35,941 bases of DNA from positions 1-35,941 of the forward strand of contig JBDRLL010000009.1 of NCBI GenBank assembly GCA_043813075.1, given 5' to 3'. Positions 1 through 10,194 of this stretch are shown in pieces. Position 1 is the stretch's first letter. The number at the start of each line of letters is the position of its first letter. This DNA comes from Candidatus Altiarchaeota archaeon. GTDB taxonomy: Archaea; Altiarchaeota; Altiarchaeia; IMC4; SCGC-AAA252-I15. Made by a program: the position numbers and the translations under genes. The notes under the pieces were generated by a model. That model was given only the letters and a program-made list of their open reading frames with translations. It did not search any database and had not been told where the DNA came from.

Positions 1-97
1 GGAAAAAATGAAAACAGCATGCAACGAGGCTGGCTCAACGCTTGGAGAAAGGATGTACGCCTACAGACACCTAGGCTTCATACCAAAATCCATATGA
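1..97 (+). CDS. 3' end of a gene entering the window (EKMKTACNEAGSTLGERMYAYRHLGFIPKSI*); weak resemblance to CofG/CofH-type radical SAM C-termini
   Basis: Frame open from position 2 to TGA at 95-97. The product guess rests only on a G..L.ER...Y pattern. Confidence 0.35.
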   Translation, partial: EKMKTACNEAGSTLGERMYAYRHLGFIPKSI

Positions 98-166
98 TCA
101 TGAAAACCCCTCAGGAATGCCCCAGACCCCTCTTTTTAAGGGGAAAACAGTAAATCAAGATGAAAG

Positions 167-1285
167 ATGAGGCCCACCGACATACTATTGGATGACGAGA
201 CGCTGTTCAAGAGCGAGGAAGTCTTCACGCCAAGCTACGTGCCAGACGACTTCACGCACCGGGACGACCAGCTGAAGGAGATGTCGCTCTCCATCAAGCC
301 CGGCTTGAGGGGGGTTAACCCGATAAACACGCTGATACACGGTCCCCCGGGGACTGGGAAGACTACTGCCATGAAGTACCTGTTCAATCAGGTCAACGAG
401 ATGTCAGGCAAGCTGAAGACTGTTTACGTTAACTGCGAGGACAACAACACCAGGTTCAGCATATTCTCCAAGATACATGAGGAAGTCTTCGGGCACAGCC
501 CACCGGACACGGGTAAGCCGTTGAACACTGTGAAGGAGAAGGTGTTCAAGAAGCTGGAGCGGGAGGGCAAGAGCCTCTGCGTCTGCCTCGACGAGATGGA
601 CTTGCTGTTCCTGAACAAGACGATAGACAGCCTGCTTATAGACTTGTTGAAGGCGCACACGACGTACGGCTACGACAAGGTGGGGGTCATCGGCATAATG
701 ATAGACGAGACTATTATAAACGACCTGGAGGCTAAGACCATGAGCGTGTTCAACCCGGTGAGAGTATATTTCCCGCCGTACTCGAGCAGCGAAGTATACG
801 ACATACTCGCGAGGAGGGTGGACTACGGACTCTATGATGGAGTCATCACAGACAAGCTGGTGGAATACATAGCAGGGAAAACCAGTGAGGTGGGAGACCT
901 TAGAGTGGGCATAGACTTGATACGCAGGTCCGCTATGCTCGCTGAAAGGGACTCGGAGAGGAGGATAAGCAAGCAGCATGTGGAAGAGGCGTTGGAAAAG
1001 GACTCCAGGCGGGTGGGTCTGGTGGAGACTGTTAAAGTGCTTGATGAAGACGAGAGGAATCTCCTGGAGCTGATATCACGCAACGACGGCATGAAGTCTG
1101 GTGACGTGTACAAGAGGATTAAGGAGGATACTGGGGTCGGAGTGAGGAAGTACAATGACATGATAAAGAAGCTGGAGTACTACAAGCTGATAGATACCGT
1201 GGCTGCTGAAGGCAGGGGGCAGAGCAGGTACATCAAGCTCAGAAACACGTCTGAAGAAGTGGACGCTGCTTTAAACGGCATTTAA
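167..1285 (+). CDS. cdc6: Orc1/Cdc6 replication initiator (AAA+ ATPase with winged helix)
   Basis: N-terminal F.P.YVP....HRD, Walker A GPPGTGKT, Walker B LDEMD, FPPY, GDLRVGIDL sensor region, C-terminal GRGQSR wing. Confidence 0.96.
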   Translation: MRPTDILLDDETLFKSEEVFTPSYVPDDFTHRDDQLKEMSLSIKPGLRGVNPINTLIHGPPGTGKTTAMKYLFNQVNEMSGKLKTVYVNCEDNNTRFSIFSKIHEEVFGHSPPDTGKPLNTVKEKVFKKLEREGKSLCVCLDEMDLLFLNKTIDSLLIDLLKAHTTYGYDKVGVIGIMIDETIINDLEAKTMSVFNPVRVYFPPYSSSEVYDILARRVDYGLYDGVITDKLVEYIAGKTSEVGDLRVGIDLIRRSAMLAERDSERRISKQHVEEALEKDSRRVGLVETVKVLDEDERNLLELISRNDGMKSGDVYKRIKEDTGVGVRKYNDMIKKLEYYKLIDTVAAEGRGQSRYIKLRNTSEEVDAALNGI

Positions 1286-1327
1286 AACCTATTTAACTAG
1301 GATTTTAATACTTAACTGGTGTCTTGA

Positions 1328-1954
1328 ATGCCCCAGCCATACGTGATACTGGACTTGTGCATGAGTGTTAACGGAAAGCATGTTGAAGGCGGCCAGCACA
1401 AGAACCGGCTTAACGAATACAGGAAGCAGGAGCTCAGGGGCAGGGTAGACGCGATAATCGTGAGTTCCGGTGACATAGTGAGGAACAATCCAGAGTTCCC
1501 TGTGAACACTTCCATCAAGAAGGAGCCGGAGATAGTTATAATAGACAAGCACTGTGAGACGCCGCCAAAGTCCGCCGTACTGAAGGACGAGCGCAAGAGG
1601 ATAAAGGTGATAGTCAGCAAGAGCGCTTCACCAAGCAGGATAAAGGATTTAAGGGGGGTGAGGGAGGATCTGGAGGTCCTGGTTATAGGCGAGCACACGG
1701 TAAACCTGGATAAGACGCTTTGGGAGCTGCACAATAACGGCCTCCACAGGATTCTCGTCGAAGGGGATCCCGCGTTGAACACTAGGATGCTGCGTGAACG
1801 TCTGGTGAACGAGGTCTACGTGATGGTCTACCCCATGATACTTGAGGGTAAGGAGAACGCTTTTGAGGATAATGTTGAGGGTGACAAGCAGATGCAGTTG
1901 GAGGGCATACTGCAGTACGGCGACCATACTGTAATGCACTATGTCATAAGGTGA
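1328..1954 (+). CDS. RibD C-terminal/ArfC-like reductase (DHFR fold), divergent
   Basis: PYVIL...MSVNGK, ELRGRVDAIIV, RILVEG, LVNEVYVMVYPMIL match the RibD_C layout, but key motifs deviate. Confidence 0.8.
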   Translation: MPQPYVILDLCMSVNGKHVEGGQHKNRLNEYRKQELRGRVDAIIVSSGDIVRNNPEFPVNTSIKKEPEIVIIDKHCETPPKSAVLKDERKRIKVIVSKSASPSRIKDLRGVREDLEVLVIGEHTVNLDKTLWELHNNGLHRILVEGDPALNTRMLRERLVNEVYVMVYPMILEGKENAFEDNVEGDKQMQLEGILQYGDHTVMHYVIR

Positions 1955-2013
1955 CGCCGCCTTGAATCTGTGGGGGATGATTTATTACAAGTTAGTCTAA
2001 TAGAATTAGATTC

Positions 2014-3873
2014 ATGTTCCACGGTGAAATGGACGCAAAAACGATAGGCAGGGTATTCTACCTTGCTGTGGCGGTTGGCATAATCTTCCAGTCGACGCTC
2101 GTATTCTACCCGAAAGGATTCAACGGGGATGCTGCGGACAGCAGCAACCGGGCGGCGGACATGCTTGAGGGCAAGATAGACTTGTACACCGAGGACAATG
2201 AAGGATACATGCATTATACGCTGTACATACTCCCGCTCGCAGTGCTCTTCAAACTGTTCTTCCTCGAGGAGTATTGGGTTAAGATCCTGATAGTAGCATA
2301 CAACCTGGTCTTCCTGTTCTTCCTCCACCAGCTCGCGAAGACATGGTTTGACGAGAAGGTTGCGAGAATCACGCTGATACTCGGCCTGTACTCATCGTGG
2401 GTCACATACCAGTTCAACATATGGGTGCCGACCGCAACCATGATGCCTGTCGCAGCCATAGCCCTCGCTGAAAACAAGGATAGGAGGTGGAAGACTCTGG
2501 GTTTCCTATTGTGCGGGTTCTCATTCTACTTCTTCCACACCAACGAGGTCGTGATCATAACATACCTCGTGCTGTACGCGCTATTCAACCACAGGGACTA
2601 CAGGACCACCGTGACGATGATAGCCATAGCAGTGCTCGTAGCCTCGCCTGCGATAACCGCGACAATCAAGGATGTTGGGAAAGACAAGGTGTTTTCGTAC
2701 GTGGTCAAACTCGCTGAAAAAGGATTCAACCAGCAGCAGAAGGTGACGAAACTATCGCAGAAGGGGGAGATAGGTGAGACAAAGAAGGGCTTCGCTACAA
2801 GAGTGTTTGACGCTTTCATAAACGATAGGGACAAGAACGAGTTCAAGATGGGCAGGTGGAATTACGGCGCCAACCCCATACTGGTGCTATTGTCCACAGC
2901 ATCCGCATTATGGATGGGCGTGAAGCTTGTGTTCATCATAAGGGAGAAGAGGCTGGAGAGGAGGCTTCCGGAATTCTTCCTTCTGAGCGTGATGACAATA
3001 TTCTTCGTGGGAATCGGATTCACACCATTCATAGAACCCAGGGTACTATACTTCGCAAGCCCGGTGATACTCATGCTTTCCGGCATTCTAATCTCGGAAT
3101 TCAAGGGGAACATGAAGTACATTACGCTGCTGCTAGTCATACTCTACTGCCTCCAGGAGGTTGCGGGACATGCTGAATACTTCATGAGCGACGAGCTGAT
3201 AGGCAAGAGCGGCAGGTACAAGAGGTGGAAGGCGGGACTAAGGGAGACAACGGAATACCTTGTCAGCAAGAATCCGGAGGGAGTGATCGTGGAGCCGGGG
3301 ATGCAGCACCAGGTGAGCTTCTACAGGAGGATGTTCGGGGAAGACTCATTCAAGATGGTGAGCGGCGAGAGATACTTCAACGAGAAGAAGACAGACAGAG
3401 ACGACTACCTGGTGAACTGGGACCGGGGCAACGACAAGGAGAAGAAGACTCAGTTAGGGGAGAAATTCCTGATAGACCACATCGTCTACGACGCCTTCGG
3501 CGGTAAATCAGTCAGGATATACAAGAGAGTCAGGGATGAACCCTCCGTTGAGAAGAAGTCCAGCAGAAGGATAAGAAAGATGAAGGTCAAGAAGGAGATA
3601 CTTGAGACCAAGGAAGTGCTGGAGGAGGCGACAGTGGAGGGGGGTGAAGCCGCTGTTAAAGACGAAGGCCGTGAAGTGGATAGGAAGGACATAAGATACA
3701 AGACCATAAGATGCCATAAACTCAGGAAGAAGCTGGCGGAACAATGGTGCTACGTGAGGGCGGCTATAGAGACGAAGAACCCGTGGATATGCGGGCTAAT
3801 CGACAGGGAACAGTACAGGGAGTCATGCTATGAGGGCATAGAGAATCTGAAGTATGCTAGAGAGGCCATTTGA
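2014..3873 (+). CDS. Polytopic membrane protein, probable GT-C (PMT/ArnT-like) glycosyltransferase with Cys-rich C-terminal tail
   Basis: About 10 hydrophobic segments, an EPRVLYF loop, a soluble domain, then WCY...NPWIC...RESCY. Confidence 0.55.
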   Translation: MFHGEMDAKTIGRVFYLAVAVGIIFQSTLVFYPKGFNGDAADSSNRAADMLEGKIDLYTEDNEGYMHYTLYILPLAVLFKLFFLEEYWVKILIVAYNLVFLFFLHQLAKTWFDEKVARITLILGLYSSWVTYQFNIWVPTATMMPVAAIALAENKDRRWKTLGFLLCGFSFYFFHTNEVVIITYLVLYALFNHRDYRTTVTMIAIAVLVASPAITATIKDVGKDKVFSYVVKLAEKGFNQQQKVTKLSQKGEIGETKKGFATRVFDAFINDRDKNEFKMGRWNYGANPILVLLSTASALWMGVKLVFIIREKRLERRLPEFFLLSVMTIFFVGIGFTPFIEPRVLYFASPVILMLSGILISEFKGNMKYITLLLVILYCLQEVAGHAEYFMSDELIGKSGRYKRWKAGLRETTEYLVSKNPEGVIVEPGMQHQVSFYRRMFGEDSFKMVSGERYFNEKKTDRDDYLVNWDRGNDKEKKTQLGEKFLIDHIVYDAFGGKSVRIYKRVRDEPSVEKKSSRRIRKMKVKKEILETKEVLEEATVEGGEAAVKDEGREVDRKDIRYKTIRCHKLRKKLAEQWCYVRAAIETKNPWICGLIDREQYRESCYEGIENLKYAREAI

Positions 3874-5074
3874 CCAGGTATAAGAACCAGGTGAACGCCG
3901 ACACCATCAGTACCAGTGGGATGATCTTCCTGTAGACTGCCTTGAAATCCGCCTTATAGTATTCCCGCGTCAGCACAAGACAGAGGTGCGCTGGAGAAGC
4001 CATTACTCCCATGAAACCCCCGACATATGCCAGCATGAAGTAGCTGTAGTTGAATGACCCATTACTTATGAACACAGACAGCAGGGGGAACGTCATGCCA
4101 ACGTAGCCGACCGTCAAGCCCAACAGCATGCCCACTATGAACGGCACTATGAACAATATCAGGGGTATTGGAATGCCGTAGCCGACAAAAAGCTCCGGGA
4201 GTTGGCTGACCCCGCCAGTCTCCTCGATAACAGACTTGAACACCATAACGCTCAGTATCAGGAATACGAGGCTGGGTGTCACAGACTCCCTGAATACCGC
4301 CGACGAGAAACCCCTGAAAAAGCGGGTCTGCAGGAACAAGACGGTCAGAACCGCGATGAGGGATAGTATCAAGTCCACGCCAAACACGATGTTGGCTGTT
4401 ATCACAACAGCTATAGGCCATATGGACTTCACGAGAGCCCAGACGGCCGCCATCTTATCGTGTTTCCCGCCGGAGGACTTGGGCTTCCCTATGGGAGCCA
4501 GTATCAGCAGGATGCCGACAAGAACCGCGAATATGTTGGTCGGCCCGTTCGTGAGGAGTATGTCCCGTAAGGTTATGCCGAATAGCGTGCTGGCGAGTAT
4601 TATCCCCGGATAAAGGGGGAACGTGTACTCCCACACGTGGCGGAACCAGTAATTCACCATAGTCTTCGACTCAGGGCCCAACCCAACCTTGTCAGCGACC
4701 TCGCCAGTCAATGGGGCGGATAGCATGGCTCCCCCAGGCATGGGCATCAAGCCTATGAATGCAGGTATCGCAGCCATGACTATGCGGGCGTCAGCAACCA
4801 GCTGCCCCATGCTCTTAACAACCATCCGCAGGTTCTCCATCCGCTTCAACACGTTGCCGAGCAGGGTTATCAGGAGGACTACCGCCAGCAGATTAAGGGT
4901 CTTTGAGTCTATGCAGGAGTATAGGGCGGTGTATGCTATCTGCCGGGGGGAGAGCCCGAACAACAGCCCGAACAATGCCGCTCCGGAAGTCAACGCCAAA
5001 CCCACGTTGACGTTACGCCGAACCAGGTATACCAGCAGCACGAATACCGTCAGGATCTTGGCCAACAATAGCAT
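3857..5074 (-). CDS. DUF401 family membrane protein
   Basis: PAFIGLMPMPGGAMLSAP, NYWFRHVWEY.FPLYPG and SPAHLCLVLT.EYY motifs. Confidence 0.88.
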   Translation of the reverse strand: MLLLAKILTVFVLLVYLVRRNVNVGLALTSGAALFGLLFGLSPRQIAYTALYSCIDSKTLNLLAVVLLITLLGNVLKRMENLRMVVKSMGQLVADARIVMAAIPAFIGLMPMPGGAMLSAPLTGEVADKVGLGPESKTMVNYWFRHVWEYTFPLYPGIILASTLFGITLRDILLTNGPTNIFAVLVGILLILAPIGKPKSSGGKHDKMAAVWALVKSIWPIAVVITANIVFGVDLILSLIAVLTVLFLQTRFFRGFSSAVFRESVTPSLVFLILSVMVFKSVIEETGGVSQLPELFVGYGIPIPLILFIVPFIVGMLLGLTVGYVGMTFPLLSVFISNGSFNYSYFMLAYVGGFMGVMASPAHLCLVLTREYYKADFKAVYRKIIPLVLMVSAFTWFLYLVKWPL

Positions 5075-5111
5075 CTCCTATTTATTATGTGGTGTTGAAA
5101 AATATACTGCG

Positions 5112-6392
5112 ATGAAGCCTGTAGTACAGTTGGCGCTCGACTTCGTGGACTTTGACAGGGCGTTGAAGTCTGCGAGGGAGGCTGCCGGAAGCGTGGACTG
5201 GATTGAGGCGGGCACCCCCCTGATAAAGTCTGAGGGACTTGACGTGGTCAGGAGGCTGAAGGAGGAGTTCCCTGGAAAGACTATTGTCGCTGACATGAAG
5301 ATAATGGATGCAGGCAGGATGGAGGTTGAGGCGGCAGCCAAGGCGGGCGCGGACGTGGTGGATGTGTGCGGGCAGGCGTCTGAAGCAACCATAAGGGAGT
5401 GTATAGAGGCGGCGAGGAACTACGGCTGCAGGATAATAGTCGACTTGATTGGCGTGGAAGACGTTGTCGCGAGGGCCATGGAGTCGGCAGGCTGGGGCGC
5501 AGACTATGTTTCAGTTCACACTGCCATTGACGAGCAGATGGAGGGCAAGAACCCTTTCAATCTGCTGAAGGAGGTTGTGGAGTCTGTTGACGTGCCGGTG
5601 GCTGCCGCGGGAGGATTGAATTCCGAGACCGTCGTCGATGCAGTAGAATCCGGTGCCCGCATACTCATAGTGGGGGGTGCGATAACGAAATCCGAGGATG
5701 CTGGGAAGGCTGCGGCGGAATTCAGGAAAGCCATGGAGTCGGGGGAGAGGGTTGAGACAAGCCTGTTCAAGAGGACTGATGACGTCAGGAGGATACTTGA
5801 GGGTGTTTCAACCGCAAACCTGTCTGACGCACTCCACAGGAAGAGCATTCTGGAGGGTGTTAACAGCATAACGCCGGGAGCCAGGATAGTGGGCCGCGCG
5901 GTCACTGTGAGGACTTACCCCGGGGACTGGGCGAAGCCTGTTGAGGCAGTCGACGTTGCCGGCGAGGGTGACGTTATAGTCGTGGATGCCGGGGGTGTTG
6001 GCCCTGCGTTGTGGGGTGAGCTGGCTTCAGAGAGCGCCCTGCAGAGGAGGATTGAGGGCGTCGTAGTGTACGGTGGCGTGAGGGATGTAGGGGAGATAAG
6101 GAAGATGGGTTTCAAGGTGTTCGCAAGCCATGTGTCCTCGAACGCGGGAGAGCCCAGGGGCTTTGGAGAGATAAACGTGCCTTTAACCATCACGGGAAGC
6201 CTGATTAGGCCGGGTGACTGGATTGTGGGCGACGATGACGGCGTTGTCGTACTGCCTGCCGAGAAGGCTGTCGAGTATGCTAACCGCGCGCAGGATGTGT
6301 TGGAGAGGGAGAACAGGATTAGGAAGGAGATACGCGAGGGCGGTACGCTGAGCAAGGTGACTCACCTGCTGAAGTGGGAGAAGAGAGGATAG
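5112..6392 (+). CDS. hxlA: 3-hexulose-6-phosphate synthase fused to an RraA-like (HMG aldolase family) domain
   Basis: Start reassigned to ATG 5112 (MKPVVQLALD). HPS motifs IEAGTPLIKSEG and ADMKIMDAG. RraA motifs STANLSDAL, GRAVTV, ALWGEL, GGVRDV, GDWIVGDDDGVVV. Confidence 0.9.
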   Translation: MKPVVQLALDFVDFDRALKSAREAAGSVDWIEAGTPLIKSEGLDVVRRLKEEFPGKTIVADMKIMDAGRMEVEAAAKAGADVVDVCGQASEATIRECIEAARNYGCRIIVDLIGVEDVVARAMESAGWGADYVSVHTAIDEQMEGKNPFNLLKEVVESVDVPVAAAGGLNSETVVDAVESGARILIVGGAITKSEDAGKAAAEFRKAMESGERVETSLFKRTDDVRRILEGVSTANLSDALHRKSILEGVNSITPGARIVGRAVTVRTYPGDWAKPVEAVDVAGEGDVIVVDAGGVGPALWGELASESALQRRIEGVVVYGGVRDVGEIRKMGFKVFASHVSSNAGEPRGFGEINVPLTITGSLIRPGDWIVGDDDGVVVLPAEKAVEYANRAQDVLERENRIRKEIREGGTLSKVTHLLKWEKRG

Positions 6393-6401
6393 TATCTTAA
6401 G

Positions 6402-8306
6402 ATGAATTGGTCTGCATTGAATAATGGCGTCCTAGTCTTCTTCATCTCGCTTATCGCATACCTGCTGACCTTATGCCCTACGGTCTATGGGGGCGATAGC
6501 GGGGATTTCATAACAGCAGCCTACACGCTTGGAGTACCACACCCCACCGGCTACCCACTGTACACGATCCTGGGAAAGTTGTTCACACTATTGCCGGCAG
6601 CATCCATCGCATACCGGGTGAACATGCTGTCAGCGGTCTCCGCCGCACTCGCGTCCATGATGGTGTGCATGACAGTATACGAGAGGGTGGGGAAGACTGT
6701 GCCGTCGATGGCGGCGGGTCTTGCGCTCGCATTCACAAGGCCTTTGTGGGGTGAGGCTGTTGTCGCTGAAGTCTACGCCCTGAACACATTCTTCGCAGCA
6801 CTTGTCTTTTATTTCGCCTTCAGGTTCAGGAAAGGCAGAGGCAGCGGTGACTTGAACATGCTCGCATTCTCCTCAGGCCTCGCGCTCACCAACCACCTTA
6901 GTTTCGCATTATACCTGCCTGCGATAGCATGCCTCGCCCACGACGGAAGGCCCCTGCGGGAATACAGGAGGCTGGCGTACTACTTCCTGATACCCCTAGT
7001 GATATACCTCTACATTCCCATGAGCGCCATGAGGGGGGGATATGTCTGGCATGATCCGACGAGTGCGTCAGGCCTCCTTGACTTCATAACAGCCAGGGAA
7101 CACCGGATGGTGCACACCACATCCGACATTGGAGCTGGTATTTCAAGGAGCATCGAGGGTTTGAAGGGGATTGTCTTGGGGCTCGGCTTCATGGCCCTGC
7201 TCGCCATTATCGGCGCATACACTCTGAGGGGGGACAAGGAGATTCTATTATCCACACTGCTCCTGGTTGCGGTCGAACTCGTCTACATGGGATTCCTCCA
7301 CAACGTCTCCATGGAGCTGGTCACCTTCGGGCTTCCAGTGACCGCGTTGCTGGCAGTCTACTCAGGCCTCGGATTCTCATACCTGATGGACAAGTCTGAC
7401 GAGCTGTTGAATGCCGGGTTCTTCACGGCCATGGTGCTCGCTGCAATCCTTGCATCATCAGCCTACGGGAACTATCACGTGTCAGACAGGAGTGAGAACC
7501 GTATCGCATACTACTATGGCCTGAACATCCTGAACAACCTGCAGCCGGATGCGTTATTGCTCATGGAGAACGACAACAACATATTCATACTCAACTACCT
7601 TCAGAAGGCTGAGGGCGTGCGCCCGGACGTGCTGCTGGTGGATAGAGTGTGCGTACTGAACGATGAGTTCTACGGGGAAGACGTTAAGAAGCTGGGGGAG
7701 GCTGGATTCTACGAGAGAAGGAGTAGTGTGGAGTATGATGCAGTCAAGTCGGGCAGGCCGGTGTACTACACCAACAGGGTCAGCGACCTGCCTGAGAAAG
7801 TCTTCCTACTACAGGAGGGGCTCGTGTACCGTGCATACCAGGAGGGGGATGTCCCATTGAAGTATCGCTGGGGGGATTACGGTTTGGAGTCTTCTCTTGG
7901 AGACTTTCACCTAGACTACTTCACGCGGGAGATACTGTCCACATACTATCTGAGGAAGGCTGACTCGCTCCACGCTGAAGGGAAGCTTAACGGCGCCATG
8001 TCCTACTACCGGAGGGCTTCTGACGCTGCAGGCAACATCATGCAGGCCCGCTACAACATAGCGTTGAGCTACATACAGAACAGGATGTACAGCAGGGCTG
8101 TGGGCGAACTCAACAAGGCGATAATAATAGAGGAGGATGCTGGAGCCCTAGGCAACCAGTGCTTCGTCCTAATACAGTTGGGAGACTTCTACACCGCCAG
8201 GAGGAATTGCGAGAGAGCCCTGGAGCTTAATCCAGGAGACAGTGTAGCGGAAGCCAACCTGGAGTACATCCGCTACATAGAAAGGCAGACGCTGCAAGTC
8301 ACGTGA
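6402..8306 (+). CDS. DUF2723/TMEM260-like membrane glycosyltransferase with C-terminal TPRs
   Basis: GDSGDFITAAYTLGVPHPTGYPLY, AEVYALN, LALTNH and NDN motifs; C-terminal TPRs (ARYNIA, ALELNPGD). Confidence 0.9.
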   Translation: MNWSALNNGVLVFFISLIAYLLTLCPTVYGGDSGDFITAAYTLGVPHPTGYPLYTILGKLFTLLPAASIAYRVNMLSAVSAALASMMVCMTVYERVGKTVPSMAAGLALAFTRPLWGEAVVAEVYALNTFFAALVFYFAFRFRKGRGSGDLNMLAFSSGLALTNHLSFALYLPAIACLAHDGRPLREYRRLAYYFLIPLVIYLYIPMSAMRGGYVWHDPTSASGLLDFITAREHRMVHTTSDIGAGISRSIEGLKGIVLGLGFMALLAIIGAYTLRGDKEILLSTLLLVAVELVYMGFLHNVSMELVTFGLPVTALLAVYSGLGFSYLMDKSDELLNAGFFTAMVLAAILASSAYGNYHVSDRSENRIAYYYGLNILNNLQPDALLLMENDNNIFILNYLQKAEGVRPDVLLVDRVCVLNDEFYGEDVKKLGEAGFYERRSSVEYDAVKSGRPVYYTNRVSDLPEKVFLLQEGLVYRAYQEGDVPLKYRWGDYGLESSLGDFHLDYFTREILSTYYLRKADSLHAEGKLNGAMSYYRRASDAAGNIMQARYNIALSYIQNRMYSRAVGELNKAIIIEEDAGALGNQCFVLIQLGDFYTARRNCERALELNPGDSVAEANLEYIRYIERQTLQVT

Positions 8307-9270
8307 ACCATGAGTCAAGCGTCTTCTGGCTGAAGTCCTTGAAGCTGTTGCGTACGTCAGACACCGCCTTACGCACCCTGTTTTCACTGAAGTCATGGCG
8401 GCCGCATAACAATTCAACCAGTGATTCCTCGTCTATAGAACCCCATTCGAGGGAGTAGTCTTCGACTACTGGGGGGTTGAGGAATATCTCCCGCACCTCG
8501 TCAATGTCGAAGTCAAATTCGAGTTCTCCCATAGCATCCTCCTTCACAGCCTTAAGCGCCTTCTTAGGGCCTATCCCCTTCACCCCGGGGTCGAAGTCTG
8601 TTCCCACCAGTATCGCCACGTCTATCAGCTGTTCCCGAGTCAAACCAAGACTGCTGAGCGAGTCCTTTAGATCCACAAGAGACAACTCCAGCTTACCGCT
8701 CATCGTCAGCCCCTTAACGAGCCTGGGCGCTCCGAACAGTAGGGCGTCATAATCCTGGCTGCCAACAGCCCACGCCTCACCCTTCACGCACAGGTAGACG
8801 CACTGCGCCTCCCCCTCGCCTGGAGCCTGTATGAATGGTATGCCCATGTGGCAGAGGAGGTTCTTGGACTCCTCCAGCATCTCGCCAGTCACTTTAGAAG
8901 TCCTCTTAGCGTACTTTAGGGCGTCGTCCATCCGACCCTCCCTCTTCGCGGCCTCCATCTCCCCCATAGCCTTCTCCTTCGCCATCCTCCGCTCACGGAG
9001 GGTGGTCTTCTTGAGTTCAGGCGGTTCTCCATCGAACACGTACACAGGCTTGACGCCCAACCGCAGAAGGTTGGCTGTCCGATACAGGAGTCCCGTAAGG
9101 TGGGATGTGACCCTCCCATTGGAGTCCATGAGCGGAGTGCCGTCAGGCTGCCGTATGGACGAGAGGAACTGGTATATCGTGTTGAGCGCGTCGACTGCTA
9201 TCGTCTTCCCCTTCAGATCATCGAAGGTGATGTCCTGGTGAGGGATTATGTCCCTCAGGTTCACTCCCAT
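8299..9270 (-). CDS. fen: Flap endonuclease 1
   Basis: MGVNL, YQFLSSIRQPDG, EGEAQ, SQDYDALLFG, GTDF..G..GIGPK; C-terminal PIP box QKTLDSWF. Confidence 0.98.
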   Translation of the reverse strand: MGVNLRDIIPHQDITFDDLKGKTIAVDALNTIYQFLSSIRQPDGTPLMDSNGRVTSHLTGLLYRTANLLRLGVKPVYVFDGEPPELKKTTLRERRMAKEKAMGEMEAAKREGRMDDALKYAKRTSKVTGEMLEESKNLLCHMGIPFIQAPGEGEAQCVYLCVKGEAWAVGSQDYDALLFGAPRLVKGLTMSGKLELSLVDLKDSLSSLGLTREQLIDVAILVGTDFDPGVKGIGPKKALKAVKEDAMGELEFDFDIDEVREIFLNPPVVEDYSLEWGSIDEESLVELLCGRHDFSENRVRKAVSDVRNSFKDFSQKTLDSWFT

Positions 9271-9276
9271 GCGTAA

Positions 9277-10158
9277 TCACTTGAAGCCGTATAACCGCCG
9301 TATCCATTCCGGCGCAAGGTTGTCGCGGAGTATTATGGCCTCCGCGTGCAGCGCCCTGTCGTCTCCCCGGAGTATTATCCTGCCGTCCTCAACGCTTATC
9401 GAGTCCTCGTCAGACACTTCCAGGACTATTGAAGGCGCTATGCCAGCGCAGTCGTATGACTCGTTCCCGCCAGTCCAGTTCTCGACGAGCGTGTGGAATG
9501 GCTGGGGACTGCAGGTGCCGTTCTCCATGAGGAACGGGTATATGAAGAACTCGTTCGCGTCGATTTCCGACTGATTCATGATTCCGTCGCCGTTCACGTC
9601 CACCCGCTTCGACTGCATGAAGCTGAGCACTCCAACTATCTCCGCGTACCCGCGGCCCGCATTCATCTCGCCCTTCGAGTCCAGTATGACGCTCATGCTG
9701 CCAGCGTCCCTGATGAACCATCTGAGGGAGCTGAATTCAGGGCAGTCTATACCCTCCCGCGCGCAGATGAAGGCGTGGCATGAGTCAAGTAGGTCCTGCT
9801 GTGAGGCCCCCCTAATCCACGCCTCCCTTGAGCCCAGGTATACTCCAGTCTCCCCAGACTCTATGTTTATCTTATACCCCTTTATGCTGGGCTGCGATAT
9901 TGCGGAGAGGCCGAACTTACAGGTCAACTCCATGTCAGAGTTGGTGGTATTGTACAAGGCTATGTACTCGTATCTAGGAGTCTGGAAGTCCTTCATGGGT
10001 ATCTCAGACACTATCCTGACTCCAGACACGTAGCTTGTCGTGGTTTCAGGGCGCGACATGAAGTAGAATAACGCCATCAACACCAGCAGGAGGACTGGCA
10101 GCATGTTCCAGTACTCCCTCCTCCACCAGCCCTTTCCGGATTCACCATCCTCAGACAT
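9277..10158 (-). CDS. Membrane-anchored exported hypothetical protein with an EF-hand-like loop
   Basis: N-terminal TM helix (LPVLLLVLMALFYF), several Cys, DVNGDGIMNQSE loop; 6 bp upstream of fen. Confidence 0.7.
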   Translation of the reverse strand: MSEDGESGKGWWRREYWNMLPVLLLVLMALFYFMSRPETTTSYVSGVRIVSEIPMKDFQTPRYEYIALYNTTNSDMELTCKFGLSAISQPSIKGYKINIESGETGVYLGSREAWIRGASQQDLLDSCHAFICAREGIDCPEFSSLRWFIRDAGSMSVILDSKGEMNAGRGYAEIVGVLSFMQSKRVDVNGDGIMNQSEIDANEFFIYPFLMENGTCSPQPFHTLVENWTGGNESYDCAGIAPSIVLEVSDEDSISVEDGRIILRGDDRALHAEAIILRDNLAPEWIRRLYGFK

Positions 10159-10194
10159 GCTAATCTAATAGTAGTTAACTTTTAATATTAGAGT

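Noticed and set aside
98-166. Possible replication origin (ORB) upstream of cdc6
   Set aside because: Only about 70 bp. It contains CCCCTCTTTTTAAGGGG but no TCCA..GGAA ORB-like repeat or extended unwinding element; more likely just a promoter.
4689-5111. 141-aa N-terminal extension of the HPS ORF in the track
   Set aside because: Antisense shadow of the DUF401 gene; HPS homology begins at ATG 5112.
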